Notes: generated from the sequence alone by a model not told the origin. Numbered from the stretch's first letter, positions 45,441-56,317 are shown. The stretch: 64,000 nucleotides of DNA from Candidatus Cloacimonadota bacterium (GCA_035353255.1 DAOPZE010000001.1:3309-67308), one strand, 5' to 3'. Translations and numbers: made by a program.

Positions 45441-46256
45441 CTATAAGACCGAGATGAGAATAACGATCAATCCTACCGCCCAACAGTAGAAAGCAAAGTA
45501 TTTCAGCTTGTTCTGACGGATAAGATTCATCAGTAAGGCTATCACGGCATAACCGGCAATTGCGGAAGCGATGAAACCCACAAAGTAGCTGAAAATCATG
45601 TGCTTGTCCAGTGCTTTGATGTCTTTGAACACGGAAAGATTAGCCGCAATGATCGCAGGAATGCTGAGTAGGAATGAATAGTGAGCGGCATCCTTGCGCT
45701 TTACTCCGCACATAAGCGAAACCGCTATTGTTGTACCGGAACGGGAAATACCGGGGATGATAGCGATCCCTTGACCCAAGCCAATGATCACGCTGCGGAT
45801 GAAACCCATGGAGAAAGCCGGAATAGGAGTGGATTTGATATAGTCTGAAATAAAAAGCAAAACGCCGGTAATAAGCAGCATAAAGGCTACGAACATCGGC
45901 TTGGCATTGGTAAAGAGGGAATCAAGCGTATCTTTGAAGATCAGGTAGATGATACCTGTTACTAGGGTGGAAATGATAAGATAAACAATCAGAAGCCGGT
46001 TGTGCCGGTGTTTCTGTTGGTTGACCTGGGGTTTCCAGACCATCAGAGCCTGGATCATATCCCAAAGAGTGGAACGGAAATAGATCATAACTGCAACGAG
46101 AGTTCCAAGGTGGACAAACACGTCAAAGCTGCCACCGGTGCTTTCTGAGACTTTCAGATAGTACTCCGCAAGTTTGAGGTGTCCAGAACTGCTGACCGGA
46201 AGAAACTCGGTTAATCCCTGAAGGATGCCTAAAAAAAGAGCTTTGAAGAATCCCAT
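45441..46256 (-). CDS. uppP: Undecaprenyl-diphosphate phosphatase
   Basis: GLTEFLPVSSSGHL and PGISRSGTTI motifs; eight hydrophobic spans. Confidence 0.9.
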   Translation of the reverse strand: MGFFKALFLGILQGLTEFLPVSSSGHLKLAEYYLKVSESTGGSFDVFVHLGTLVAVMIYFRSTLWDMIQALMVWKPQVNQQKHRHNRLLIVYLIISTLVTGIIYLIFKDTLDSLFTNAKPMFVAFMLLITGVLLFISDYIKSTPIPAFSMGFIRSVIIGLGQGIAIIPGISRSGTTIAVSLMCGVKRKDAAHYSFLLSIPAIIAANLSVFKDIKALDKHMIFSYFVGFIASAIAGYAVIALLMNLIRQNKLKYFAFYCWAVGLIVILISVL

Positions 46257-46264
46257 ATATGTCC

Positions 46265-47491
46265 TTAGATGATCCCTGGTAGCTGTTTATTACTTAAACG
46301 AGACAAGGGAACGATCGTAAAGCCTGCCTGGTGGAGCTTGTCAATCAATTTCTCCAGATATGCCAGCTTTGCTTCATTATGACAATGTGTTATGGCTATC
46401 ACGTAGTTGTTGTGTTCTGCTAGACTCAGTATTCTCTCATACTTCTCGTTAAGGGTTTTATCCGAGACATTAGGCGAATCAAGAAAGATCTGGTTCTGAT
46501 AGGCTTTTACGTGTGATTTCTGAGCCACCTGGTAGGCTACGGAGACGCTTGATGTCCTACTGTCCAGGAAGTACATATTATGTTTCTGTAGCACATTCAT
46601 CACCGCTACCATCACTTCCGGTTCCGTGGTTGCCAAGCTACCCATGTGGTTGTTAACTCCCTTACACTGTGGAAGTTGTTTGATAAATCTCTCTACCCTG
46701 CGTTCTATTTCCTGAGGTGACAGCTGAACCAGGATAGCATCCTTCCCGGGGTCTTGAGAAGGATAGTCAAGAGGCTCCATGGGAATATGTACCAGGGTTT
46801 CCATGCCCAGAGCGTGAGCGCGGTTCATGGTAAACTCACTATACTTCATATCAGGTAGTATGGATATGGTCAACCCCTTATCCGCATTCAAGAACCCTTC
46901 TAAAAGGTTTCCTGAGATCATCCCGAAATCATCTATTACGATGGCAATAGCCTTCCCTTGTGCCACGACAGGGTAATAGCTTGGATCGTAGAAGATATCT
47001 ACCTTATAGGTTTTATCGATCCCTGCCTTAGTGAATTGAAGAGATTGTCGCGAGCTGGTTTCCTTGCCTTTTTCCAGAATACCGCCCACCTTCTCGACTT
47101 CTCCTTTGATGATCATATTGGAAAAGACCAGGTCAAGGTTACTGCGGTTCAGAGGTAGCTTGTAGCGTACTTCTTTCCCTTCTGTAGTTCTCTTGACAGC
47201 TTCGTCCGGTACATCCAGCAATCTTGCCGCTCTCTGAATGGCAGTATCAAGCTCAGAATCAACTTTCGCGGAAGGCTGTACTTTCACAGTATCTTCCTGA
47301 TTAGCTTTACCCTTTCTGGAGGTTTCTGCTTCTTGAGGAGACTTAACCTTAGTTTTGAAGATATCACCTGGTGTCTTAACGATAAAGTAGATGAGCGCTA
47401 CACAGATAACACCGAGCAGCACGTAGATCCAGACCGGATCATTACTTTGCTTTTTACGTGAACGAGTATTTTTAGTTCTCTTGCGTTGCAT
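46265..47491 (-). CDS. Membrane-anchored divergent polysaccharide deacetylase (YibQ-family) protein
   Basis: Basic N-terminus plus one TM helix, and a C-terminal domain with IAIVIDDFG and GVNNHMGS blocks typical of the YibQ/DUF610 family. Confidence 0.7.
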   Translation of the reverse strand: MQRKRTKNTRSRKKQSNDPVWIYVLLGVICVALIYFIVKTPGDIFKTKVKSPQEAETSRKGKANQEDTVKVQPSAKVDSELDTAIQRAARLLDVPDEAVKRTTEGKEVRYKLPLNRSNLDLVFSNMIIKGEVEKVGGILEKGKETSSRQSLQFTKAGIDKTYKVDIFYDPSYYPVVAQGKAIAIVIDDFGMISGNLLEGFLNADKGLTISILPDMKYSEFTMNRAHALGMETLVHIPMEPLDYPSQDPGKDAILVQLSPQEIERRVERFIKQLPQCKGVNNHMGSLATTEPEVMVAVMNVLQKHNMYFLDSRTSSVSVAYQVAQKSHVKAYQNQIFLDSPNVSDKTLNEKYERILSLAEHNNYVIAITHCHNEAKLAYLEKLIDKLHQAGFTIVPLSRLSNKQLPGII

Positions 47492-48314
47492 TCTTGACCT
47501 TTATCTTGATTGGATGAAGTTTATGTATCATCTTGGAAGTTAACGCTATTATAGGATAGAAGAACAAGTTAGAGAGCACAAAGGATGAGAAGATCATGAA
47601 TACGTCATAGGCGAGATCTATCGAAGTATCAACTTGTATCAGCTCGAACCTAAGGGTGATACCAACCAACTTACCGGCCATGTCCAGAACCGGCGATAGC
47701 ACGAACTTGATCAGCATTACGTAGATCAATGCTGAAGCCAGGACTGCCATTATGATCGTTCCCGTGAAGATAAGAGTCTCTTTTATGTTCTTGCGAGCGA
47801 AGCATATAACCTGATTTATCGCTCTTGGATAGCTCATCCCTTTGTCTCTGTATGGTTTTGACCAGACACTTTGGATGTAGTAAAAGAAGATCAGAGCAAT
47901 AGCTATATACTGAAAGAAGTGCGAGTATATTCGTTTGATCGGCAATTCGATCTGATAGAAATAGCTTAAGAAAGTCTTCACAACAAAGACGACCATAGCG
48001 ATCAAAAGAACCGTCAGAAGTCCCTTATGCAGTTCAAGAATGAACCTGATAAAGTCCTGCCTGTTACGTTGAATAGAGTTGTTCGGATTCATGAACCCAT
48101 GATACTTGATCAGCAGGAACCCCAGGAACGCGACAACAAGAAGAAACAACGTCAAGGGCAAGAGATGTAATTGCCTGGATAGCAGCTCATACATCCAGAA
48201 AAGAAAGCTAAAGCTGTCCAACCAGTAGAAGATCGCGGAGGGGAACAAAAACACCTGAATCCCATTCCACTCACCAAACAAAACCTGCCGTGACACTGAG
48301 ACAATTTTCTTCAT
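47472..48314 (-). CDS. Polytopic membrane protein, unknown function
   Basis: 280 aa with at least six hydrophobic spans and no recognisable motif. It overlaps the downstream gene by 20 nt. Confidence 0.5.
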   Translation of the reverse strand: MKKIVSVSRQVLFGEWNGIQVFLFPSAIFYWLDSFSFLFWMYELLSRQLHLLPLTLFLLVVAFLGFLLIKYHGFMNPNNSIQRNRQDFIRFILELHKGLLTVLLIAMVVFVVKTFLSYFYQIELPIKRIYSHFFQYIAIALIFFYYIQSVWSKPYRDKGMSYPRAINQVICFARKNIKETLIFTGTIIMAVLASALIYVMLIKFVLSPVLDMAGKLVGITLRFELIQVDTSIDLAYDVFMIFSSFVLSNLFFYPIIALTSKMIHKLHPIKIKVKNATQEN

Positions 48315-48378
48315 ACTTGACCGTCATTTCCCAAAAAGATTTAATAACCTGTTCAAGCTATTAACCTTCAACATTCTG

Positions 48379-49824
48379 TCAACCACAAATCTCCCGGAAT
48401 GCGTGTAATCTATTGATCACTTCCGCTTTACCCAGAATAAAGAATATGCTTGGAATATCAGGGCCATGGAGTTTACCCACCAGAGCAAGCCTCAATGGCG
48501 AATAGAAATCCTTTCCTTTGATTCCAAGAGTGGATATCGCCTGCTTGACCAGAATGTTGATCTCATCATCAGTTTCAGGATAAGCAGTATCCAGCTGTCT
48601 TAGAAAATAGTCAGTGACAGCCAGAGACTTATCTGCGTCGAGAGATGCAATATCTTCCTGAGTTGGCTTGGCCTGATCGAGAAACATCCTGCAATAGTCA
48701 ACGAATTCCGGCAGCAAGGTGACTCTGTCTCTGGCGACAGCGATCATTCTGAGTGTCTGTTCGGTGGTTTCAAGAGTGTATCCAGCCTCATGGAAATAGG
48801 GTTTTGCATATTCCATGATCGTTTCCAAAGGCAAGGAACGGATATATTGCCCATTCATCCAATCCAGCTTGGTCAGGTCAAAGATCGCTCCGGACTTGCT
48901 CACCCTCTTGAGACTGAATTCCCGGCAAAGCTCTTCCAGGCTGTAGATCTCGCGGTCATCATCGGAGTGCCAACCCAGTAAGGCGATGAAGTTTATGATC
49001 GTTTCCTTGAGATAACCTTTTTCCAGATAGCTTTCTACGGACACATCATTCATCCTCTTGCTGAGCTTACTGCGGTCAGGATTCAATATTAGAGGGAGAT
49101 GTACCCAGGCGGGTATATCCCAACCCAGGCATTCATAAAGCCAGATATGCTTTGGGGTGCTGGAGAGCCATTCCTCTCCACGAATGACATGAGATATCTT
49201 CATCAGATGGTCATCGACCACTGCTGCCAGATGATATGTCGGGAATCCATCGGATTTGATCAGAACCTGGTCGTCTGATTGAGAGGATTCCATCTCGACA
49301 TGTCCTCGGATCTCATCCTCAAAAGCAAAGGTTCGTTTATCTGGCATCTTAAGGCGCAAGACATGTTTATCTCCGCGAGCCAGCCGTTTCCTGATCTCTT
49401 CTTCCGACAAAGACAGGCAACGCCTGTCATATTTGGCGAACTCCCCATGTTGGGTCTGCTCTTCCCGCATCTGAGTAAGTGTTTCTGAACTGCAAAAACA
49501 ATGATAGGCATCTCCTTGCCGCAGAAGTTGATCAGCGTATCTATGATAATGCTCCAACCGTTCAGACTGGGTATAGGGACCGTATTCCCCACCTAACCCC
49601 GGACCTTCATCGATACTGATGCCGATCGTCTTAAGAGAAGCGATCAGTTTCTCGGCAGCGTCAGGAACAAGCCTGTTCTGATCAGTATCCTCTATTCTAA
49701 GGATCATGGTTCCGCCTTGAGAGCGGGCAAAGAGATAATCATAGAGAGCAGTTCTGAGTCCCCCGATATGCAGGTATCCTGTAGGACTGGGTGCAAAGCG
49801 TACACGAATAGCTGTGTTTGTCAT
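48379..49824 (-). CDS. gltX: Glutamate--tRNA ligase
   Basis: RFAPSPTGYLHIGGLRTAL (HIGH) and KLSKR (KMSKS); 481 aa. Confidence 0.95.
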   Translation of the reverse strand: MTNTAIRVRFAPSPTGYLHIGGLRTALYDYLFARSQGGTMILRIEDTDQNRLVPDAAEKLIASLKTIGISIDEGPGLGGEYGPYTQSERLEHYHRYADQLLRQGDAYHCFCSSETLTQMREEQTQHGEFAKYDRRCLSLSEEEIRKRLARGDKHVLRLKMPDKRTFAFEDEIRGHVEMESSQSDDQVLIKSDGFPTYHLAAVVDDHLMKISHVIRGEEWLSSTPKHIWLYECLGWDIPAWVHLPLILNPDRSKLSKRMNDVSVESYLEKGYLKETIINFIALLGWHSDDDREIYSLEELCREFSLKRVSKSGAIFDLTKLDWMNGQYIRSLPLETIMEYAKPYFHEAGYTLETTEQTLRMIAVARDRVTLLPEFVDYCRMFLDQAKPTQEDIASLDADKSLAVTDYFLRQLDTAYPETDDEINILVKQAISTLGIKGKDFYSPLRLALVGKLHGPDIPSIFFILGKAEVINRLHAFREICG

Positions 49825-50418
49825 TTATTCCTCGATAGTGCTGTTGATCAGATCGTATGTCTCGTCCAATAGGCTCTGATGAACCAACCGGTAATGCGGT
49901 TGGTAAACGCTTTTATATATGTCAGAATGACTTGGGATCAGTTCTTGGCTGATCATATCCGAGATTCTCTTGGTATCAGATTCTGTGAGAGGTAGTCTGG
50001 TTTTTATCAATGGGATAACTTGCGACCAAACGAGTTCAATGTCTTTTGAACTATATGGTTCGCTAAGCCTGGATCCGTTTATGATCCTGACGAATTCGTC
50101 GATTGCTTCCTCTTGCTTTCTCCCATCCAGATCGGACAACCAGCATAAGCTTATCCTCTGATATCCGATTCCCGTACCGATATCATACGAGAAGGGTACG
50201 GGAAGCATACGGGCAGCGTTCAGTTCAGCAAAGAGTGCCTTCTTGATCAGGGAATGGGAATGTGGCATATGAGATGGTCCGGTAATTGCCTGATATATAA
50301 GTTTATACAGATCATCGAGCTGTGCCAGAGGATAGGAACAAAGCTCCATATCCAGTATCCGGGAAAGTTGCTCTTTAGTGAAGGAAGGTTTAAAGATCGC
50401 CATAAACCAGTTCACCAT
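49825..50418 (-). CDS. Hypothetical cytoplasmic protein
   Basis: 197-aa ORF abutting gltX. No motif recognised. The start is uncertain: it overlaps the amidohydrolase 3' end by 29 nt, and the alternative ATG is at 50403. Confidence 0.45.
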   Translation of the reverse strand: MVNWFMAIFKPSFTKEQLSRILDMELCSYPLAQLDDLYKLIYQAITGPSHMPHSHSLIKKALFAELNAARMLPVPFSYDIGTGIGYQRISLCWLSDLDGRKQEEAIDEFVRIINGSRLSEPYSSKDIELVWSQVIPLIKTRLPLTESDTKRISDMISQELIPSHSDIYKSVYQPHYRLVHQSLLDETYDLINSTIEE

Positions 50419-51871
50419 TCTTTATGGTCGCGACAACTTTAGGCTGATCGCTGTAAGTCCCTTGATCCAGAGGTTTATCCAGAATAGTAAGGTCTGCCTG
50501 GTAACCTTTCTTGATATGCCCCTTGGTCGTTTCTTCATGTGAAAGCCGGGCAGCATTGATCGTATAAGCCGCTATCGCCTCAGCGAATGTTATCCTCTCA
50601 AGCGGGTTATGGTGTTCAACCGCTGAGTAGATACCATTTAGCGCGTCAAGTTCTGTTATATACCAATCTGAACCGAAACAGAGATTGATATTCATGTCTA
50701 TAGCGTGGCGAAATCTATTCATCTCGCGGCTACGAGATGCGCCCAATACACTCTCGTAGAATCCCTCTTCCCCACCCCAATAGCGGTCGAAAGCGGGTTG
50801 CATGACGGCTTGAGCTCCCGACTCAGCGATCTTATCTAGGAGATCCAGAGGAGTAAGTTCCATGTGGATAAGCTCATGTCGAAGGTCTTTGGGGTCAGTC
50901 TGCGCAAGTTTCAAATATACATCATTGATCTGCCTGATCGCGCGGTCTCCAATGCAGTGCACTGCGACCTGGAGATCATGCTTATGAGCCTCTGTGATAA
51001 AAGAATCCCAGAAGTCGTTGCTCTGGTAGAGAACCCCATTCTTGTCGGTGTGGAGATAGTTTTGGGAGATAGCCGCGGTATAGGAACCAAACGATCCATC
51101 CGCAAGAATGCATCCGCCGATACGTGTCGCGCCTAGCTCCAGAGCAGCCTCAATATCGAAGCACTGTGGATAGATGTTGTAATCGATCGGGAATCTTCTC
51201 AAATTGTCCCGGATCAGGCGATAGTGCGTTAAACTCCGGTTCGCGTCACCGATCATAGTGTGGATTGATGTGAATCCACCCGCAAGTGCGATCTGAGAAG
51301 CTTTATCATAAGCTTTCAAGATCTCCTGTTCACTAAGGTTTCCATGTAGATAATGGACTACTCTATCGTTCTCGTCTCCTCGGAAGATATAGTCTCTAGG
51401 TACCTTGAGAAACTCGCAAAGATTACCGTTCACGACGCAGCTATGACCGTCTATCCGTCTCACAATTAAAGGTCGTGAAGGGGCAACGGCATCCAATTCA
51501 TGGGTCAGCGGAAATCTATGCTCTTCTATCTGATTCTCATCGAACCGCCAACAGAAAAGAGTGTCAGAGCCGGGGTGTTTATCTATGTGAGCAGAAAGCA
51601 GTTCCTGAATCTCCGCAATGCTCCTGCAAGCTCCCAGATCGACTCCACCTGAGTAAAGCCCGCCTTCAAAACTATGAGTGTGGGTGTCGATAAATCCCGG
51701 GTAGATCGCCTTTTGTTTCATATCTATCTGCATGACGTCATTTGGTTGTGTGTCACTTTTTTGGAGGATGTTCTCGATCAGGCTGTTTCTCAGATAGATC
51801 GAAGTAACAGAATCTGTGAGTTTACCGTCGATATAGAATTTACCGTTAGTTAGCAGCAGATCACTCTTCAC
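50390..51871 (-). CDS. Amidohydrolase-family (Amidohydro_3-type) metal-dependent hydrolase
   Basis: GFIDTHTHSFEGG (HxH metal site), VAVHCIGDRA and FGSDW blocks. Confidence 0.7.
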   Translation of the reverse strand: MKSDLLLTNGKFYIDGKLTDSVTSIYLRNSLIENILQKSDTQPNDVMQIDMKQKAIYPGFIDTHTHSFEGGLYSGGVDLGACRSIAEIQELLSAHIDKHPGSDTLFCWRFDENQIEEHRFPLTHELDAVAPSRPLIVRRIDGHSCVVNGNLCEFLKVPRDYIFRGDENDRVVHYLHGNLSEQEILKAYDKASQIALAGGFTSIHTMIGDANRSLTHYRLIRDNLRRFPIDYNIYPQCFDIEAALELGATRIGGCILADGSFGSYTAAISQNYLHTDKNGVLYQSNDFWDSFITEAHKHDLQVAVHCIGDRAIRQINDVYLKLAQTDPKDLRHELIHMELTPLDLLDKIAESGAQAVMQPAFDRYWGGEEGFYESVLGASRSREMNRFRHAIDMNINLCFGSDWYITELDALNGIYSAVEHHNPLERITFAEAIAAYTINAARLSHEETTKGHIKKGYQADLTILDKPLDQGTYSDQPKVVATIKNGELVYGDL

Positions 51872-52448
51872 AGTTTAGCCTCCTGATCATGTCATAAAAG
51901 AGATTGATGGGAAAGCCCATGACGTTGAAATAGCATCCTCGTATAGACTCAATGAACTGAGACCCATATCCTTGGATCCCGTAAGAGCCGGCTTTATCGT
52001 TAGGCTCTTTTGTCTTGATGTATGATTCGATCTCTTTGTCCGTAAGAGTTTTGAATCTAACCTGAGTCCGCTGGTAATCCTTGATGATGTTGTTTTTCCA
52101 CAAGATACAGATGCCTGTATAGACAGCGTGGGTCTTACCTGAGAGCAGATTCAGATGTGTTTCGATCTCATTGCTGTCCATTGGCTTACCCAGAATCTTG
52201 CCGTCCACGAACACTAGAGTATCCGATCCGATGATCATTGTATCGTTGTCGAATAGATCCTTGATCGCAGTGGCTTTGTTCTCCGCGTGAGTCATCACTT
52301 GCTTGTATGGAGGCGTATCAAGCATGGGTTCCTCGATCCTGGCAGGTACGATCAGCGGTCTTAAACCGATCATTTCCAGCAATTGCTTCCTTCGAGGAGA
52401 TTGTGAAGCCAAGACTATGCGATTATTCTTCAATATATTATGTATCAT
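51861..52448 (-). CDS. maf: Maf-family nucleoside-triphosphate pyrophosphatase
   Basis: IVLASQSPRRKQLLEMIGL N-terminus, GSDT and KAGSYGIQG blocks. Confidence 0.9.
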   Translation of the reverse strand: MIHNILKNNRIVLASQSPRRKQLLEMIGLRPLIVPARIEEPMLDTPPYKQVMTHAENKATAIKDLFDNDTMIIGSDTLVFVDGKILGKPMDSNEIETHLNLLSGKTHAVYTGICILWKNNIIKDYQRTQVRFKTLTDKEIESYIKTKEPNDKAGSYGIQGYGSQFIESIRGCYFNVMGFPINLFYDMIRRLNCEE

Positions 52449-52589
52449 AATGTTATCCTATAAGACACGCTGCGTTGTGGGGTTTTGCCGTCAATAAAAA
52501 AAACGTGGGCGAAAAAAGTACTTGCCTGAAAGTCCTATATCTGTTTTCCTTGCACGTAGAAAAAACAAAAAATATCCAGGAGGATTACA

Positions 52590-53675
52590 ATGGAACGCGT
52601 GCATAACTTTAACGCAGGACCTGCCGTGCTACCCGAAGAAGTTTTACGGGAAGCGCAGGCTGATTTCTTCAACTACAAAGGCATGGGACTTTCCGTCATG
52701 GAAATGAGCCATCGTAGCAAGGAATATCAAGCGATCATCGATGAAGCTAATGCTTCGGTCAAAAGGATATACAACCTTGGTGATGACTATGAAGTCCTGT
52801 TCCTGCAAGGTGGAGCTAGCCTTCAGTTCCTTATGGTTCCGATGAACTTTGCCTTTGATGGTAAGGTGGCAAACTATATCAATACAGGCGCATGGTCAAA
52901 GAAAGCCATTTCTGAAGCCAAGAAGATCGGTAAGCAAGTACATGTTGCTGCTACTTCAGAAGACAGAAACTTTGCTTATATTCCCCGGACATGGACTTTG
53001 TCTGACGATCCATCGTACCTTCATATCACTACTAATAACACTATCTTCGGTACAGAGTGGCATTCGGATCCGGATGTTCCCAAGGATGTTCCTCTTATCG
53101 CAGATATGTCTTCGAACTTCATGAGCAAACCGATCGACGTACAGAAATACTCTCTGATCTATGCCGGAGCCCAGAAGAATGTCGGTCCTTCGGGCGTCGT
53201 GGTCGTTATCATGAAGAAAGAACTTCTTCAAAAAGCCAACACGGGTCTTCCGTCCATGCTCGACTATCAGATCCATGCCAAGAATGGTTCGATGTATAAC
53301 ACACCTTCAACCTTTGGTATCTATATGATAGGTCTTGTGCTTCATTGGATCGAAGCTTACGGCGGGCTCGAGAAGATTCAGATCAACAATCAGGTCAAAG
53401 CAGCTTATATCTATGACGCAATAGATGCTTCTGCCGGATTCTACAAAGGTACCGTGGACAAAGCAGATCGCTCCCTGATGAATGTTACCTTCAGACTTCC
53501 CAGCGAAGAATTGGAAGCTCTGTTCATCTCTGAAGCCAAGAAACAAGACATGATCGGACTCAAGGGACATCGTGACGTTGGAGGATGCCGTGCCAGCACA
53601 TATAATTCACTTCCCTTGCCTGCTGCTCACGCGCTTGCTGAGTTCATGAAGGAATTCCAGAAACAACACGGTTAA
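52590..53675 (+). CDS. serC: Phosphoserine aminotransferase
   Basis: FNAGPAVLP, MEMSHRS, and YAGAQKNVGPSG (PLP lysine); RBS AGGAGG. Confidence 0.92.
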   Translation: MERVHNFNAGPAVLPEEVLREAQADFFNYKGMGLSVMEMSHRSKEYQAIIDEANASVKRIYNLGDDYEVLFLQGGASLQFLMVPMNFAFDGKVANYINTGAWSKKAISEAKKIGKQVHVAATSEDRNFAYIPRTWTLSDDPSYLHITTNNTIFGTEWHSDPDVPKDVPLIADMSSNFMSKPIDVQKYSLIYAGAQKNVGPSGVVVVIMKKELLQKANTGLPSMLDYQIHAKNGSMYNTPSTFGIYMIGLVLHWIEAYGGLEKIQINNQVKAAYIYDAIDASAGFYKGTVDKADRSLMNVTFRLPSEELEALFISEAKKQDMIGLKGHRDVGGCRASTYNSLPLPAAHALAEFMKEFQKQHG

Positions 53676-53707
53676 TTACCGTTATACATCTGAAAGACTT
53701 ACAATAA

Positions 53708-53736
53708 GGAAAGCTCGGGATCATCCTGAGCTTTCC
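53708..53736 (+). terminator. Hairpin after serC (possible weak terminator)
   Basis: 9-bp stem GGAAAGCTC / GAGCTTTCC with an 11-nt loop. The downstream tract is ACTTTGAT, a poor U-run. Confidence 0.35.
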
Positions 53737-53755
53737 ACTTTGATAAAGGAGAGAC

Positions 53756-54370
53756 ATGTCGATTCTTAGCTTGATCAACCGTGGTGGTGGTCTGATGTGG
53801 GTCTTGTTGCTCATATCGGTAGTGGTTATTGCAATAGTTATTGAGAAGTACAGGTATCTTTCCAAGGTTCGGAAACTCAATCAGAAGCTTGCTAATGCTC
53901 TCAAACAACAGGATAAACTGGACAATATCAAATCAGTACTGAGAATTTACAAGGGCGAAAGCCCCCTGAGCGTTATACTCTCCAAGCTTTACCTGGAAGA
54001 TTCAAGAGACATATATCTCGTTAAGGAGAGTATGGAAACTGCCGCAGGATTGGAGATGCACAAACTTGAGAAGGGTATGGGATGGCTCAGCACCTTTTCC
54101 GCGATAGCTCCCTTGATCGGCTTTCTTGGTACAGTTCTGGGGATGGTCAAGGTATTCATGAACATCTCAGGCTCCACCCAAAGCGCGATTGACATCAGCA
54201 CTCTTGCAGGTGGTATATGGGTTGCTTTGCTGACCACCGTAGGCGGTCTAGTAGTTGGTATTCCGACTCTGATCTTCTACAATGATCTTGTTGGTAATCT
54301 TGAGAATATTGCCCACGAGATGGAAAGCCAGGCAGTGACTCACCTAAAACGCTTTCAATCATTGACATGA
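53756..54370 (+). CDS. exbB: MotA/TolQ/ExbB proton-channel protein
   Basis: Three TM spans and the conserved SAIAPLIGFLGTVLGM block; RBS AAGGAG. Confidence 0.85.
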   Translation: MSILSLINRGGGLMWVLLLISVVVIAIVIEKYRYLSKVRKLNQKLANALKQQDKLDNIKSVLRIYKGESPLSVILSKLYLEDSRDIYLVKESMETAAGLEMHKLEKGMGWLSTFSAIAPLIGFLGTVLGMVKVFMNISGSTQSAIDISTLAGGIWVALLTTVGGLVVGIPTLIFYNDLVGNLENIAHEMESQAVTHLKRFQSLT

Positions 54371-54768
54371 AGATCTCTACATCCAAAAAGACCATTACTT
54401 CTCCAGCCTTGATCTCGATGACTGACGTGATCTTTCTGTTGCTGATATTTCTCTTGATCTCCTCCAACTTCACGTCCCAGACTGGTTTACCTGTCAAACT
54501 TCCCGGTTCTTCGACCGCCACCAGGCAGACAAACCAAGTTATAAATCTGGTCTATCCCGGCGGGGACAAGATATTGATCGACGGAAAAAGCGTCAAACTT
54601 GAGGATCTTGGGGAAAACCTGAAGACCCTCTTCAAGAACAAGACTCAGATCGTTAAGCTTGCCACGGACAAAAAGACCCAGATCCAAGACGTCATTGATA
54701 TCATGGACGTAATACGTATGTCCGGTTTTGAGCGGATCTTCGTTGCCACGGATATCAAGAAAAGATAG
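54367..54768 (+). CDS. exbD: ExbD/TolR biopolymer transport protein
   Basis: 133 aa with the LISMTDVIFLLLIFLL TM helix carrying the conserved Asp. It overlaps exbB by 4 nt. Confidence 0.8.
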   Translation: MKISTSKKTITSPALISMTDVIFLLLIFLLISSNFTSQTGLPVKLPGSSTATRQTNQVINLVYPGGDKILIDGKSVKLEDLGENLKTLFKNKTQIVKLATDKKTQIQDVIDIMDVIRMSGFERIFVATDIKKR

Positions 54769-54770
54769 AT

Positions 54771-55478
54771 ATGATTCCCATCAAGGTTAAGGTCCTAAAA
54801 TCACCTGCCGCACTTTCGATCCTGCTTCATTTGGTCATACTCCTGATCTTTGCCTTGATCATAATTCGTCCCGATGTATCTTTGAACTGGCATGAATTCG
54901 AATGGGCTCAGAATTTTACAGATATCCTGCCCAAAGTATCAATCCCACAGGTGACCGAGAGTGTGACTGAAGGTGCGCCACAAGGTAGTGAAACTACCAT
55001 AGCCCAACCAACAAAGAATCAAGGAAATGCTCAGACACCCCAGCAGGCAGTCTCTACCACTCCACAGGCCAGAGTATTAGAACTCCCCACTTTTTCCGAC
55101 GGAGATCAAGCCGCTGTCGTTGAAAAGCCTGCCGTAATCCCAGGAAAAAGAGGCAAGGTTCCAAGACCCAGTCAAGCTGGTCCCGGAACTGCATCAGGAA
55201 ATGGGTATAGTTTTAGCGGAGATGGAGGCATAGCCATCAAAAACCTCGTACTTCCGGATCTGAAGGTTTCAGATTACGGTGAAGTCAAGCTGGAATTCAG
55301 CGTTCGTAACGATATGACTGTCGAACCTACCACCATTCGCGTTGCTAAAAGCGGAACTCAACCTCAGAATCAATCTGCTATCAAAGCACTCAAACAATGC
55401 ACTTTCACTTTAACCGGGATGTTCAACCCCGACAAAAGACATTCCATCCTCTTCAGATTCCTCCCGGCGGAAAGATGA
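54771..55478 (+). CDS. TonB-like energy transducer
   Basis: N-terminal TM helix, Gln/Pro/Thr-rich linker and a ~80-aa C-terminal domain (GEVKLEFSV...). Its position after exbBD supports the call. The sequence match to TonB_C is weak. Confidence 0.5.
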   Translation: MIPIKVKVLKSPAALSILLHLVILLIFALIIIRPDVSLNWHEFEWAQNFTDILPKVSIPQVTESVTEGAPQGSETTIAQPTKNQGNAQTPQQAVSTTPQARVLELPTFSDGDQAAVVEKPAVIPGKRGKVPRPSQAGPGTASGNGYSFSGDGGIAIKNLVLPDLKVSDYGEVKLEFSVRNDMTVEPTTIRVAKSGTQPQNQSAIKALKQCTFTLTGMFNPDKRHSILFRFLPAER

Positions 55479-56317
55479 TGCAAGGTTTTACCGACAGTCT
55501 TTCTATTCCCAAGATCATGGGTATCTTAAACGTTACTCCCGATTCTTTCTCTGACGGAGGTAAGTTTCATGATCCTATATCCGCGATAAACCATGCGGAA
55601 AGTCTGATATCGCAAGGAGCAGACATTCTGGATATTGGCGCGGAATCAACTCGCCCGGGTTCAGAGACGCTCGATCCAGAAACCGAGATCGCAAGACTTG
55701 AGCCTGTATTATCCGGAATTAGAACTCATTATAAAGATATACCTATTTCTATCGATACCCGAAAATCCCTCGTGGTGAAAATGTGCCTCCCCTATGGGAT
55801 CCAGTATGTGAATGATATCTCGGCTCTGAGACATGATCCTGATCTTGCGGGATTGTTAGGTGATAACCCCAGTCTCAGGATCGTTCTGATGCACATGCAG
55901 GGCGAACCCGGTTCTATGCAGGATCAGCCAGCCTATAAGGATGTTTTGCAAGAAGTAATCACTTTCTTCGAAGAGAGAATATCTTTCTGCCGCAGAAACG
56001 GAATTGAAGACTCACAGATACTTCTTGATCCCGGCATTGGGTTCGGCAAGAATCTTGAGCACAATATCCTTCTTCTGCGTAGCTTGAGAACCCTTTCCCA
56101 GCTTGGTTTCCCGATCGTACTAGGCGCAAGCCGCAAGCGTTTTATCAATGAGATCTACTCCAGTCCTCCAAGCGGACGTCTTCCCGGAACGCTTGCCGCA
56201 TCACTGTCCGGTTTACTGCAAGGCACAGCGATCATACGTGTGCACGATGTGGCTGAGCACAAACAATTCTTCGATGTCATTTCCCGAATTCTTCCAGAGG
56301 ACTTATGGACTTTCTGA
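55475..56317 (+). CDS. folP: Dihydropteroate synthase
   Basis: IMGILNVTPDSFSDGG and DIGAESTRPG blocks. Start placed at the ATGATG that overlaps the upstream stop. Confidence 0.93.
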   Translation: MMQGFTDSLSIPKIMGILNVTPDSFSDGGKFHDPISAINHAESLISQGADILDIGAESTRPGSETLDPETEIARLEPVLSGIRTHYKDIPISIDTRKSLVVKMCLPYGIQYVNDISALRHDPDLAGLLGDNPSLRIVLMHMQGEPGSMQDQPAYKDVLQEVITFFEERISFCRRNGIEDSQILLDPGIGFGKNLEHNILLLRSLRTLSQLGFPIVLGASRKRFINEIYSSPPSGRLPGTLAASLSGLLQGTAIIRVHDVAEHKQFFDVISRILPEDLWTF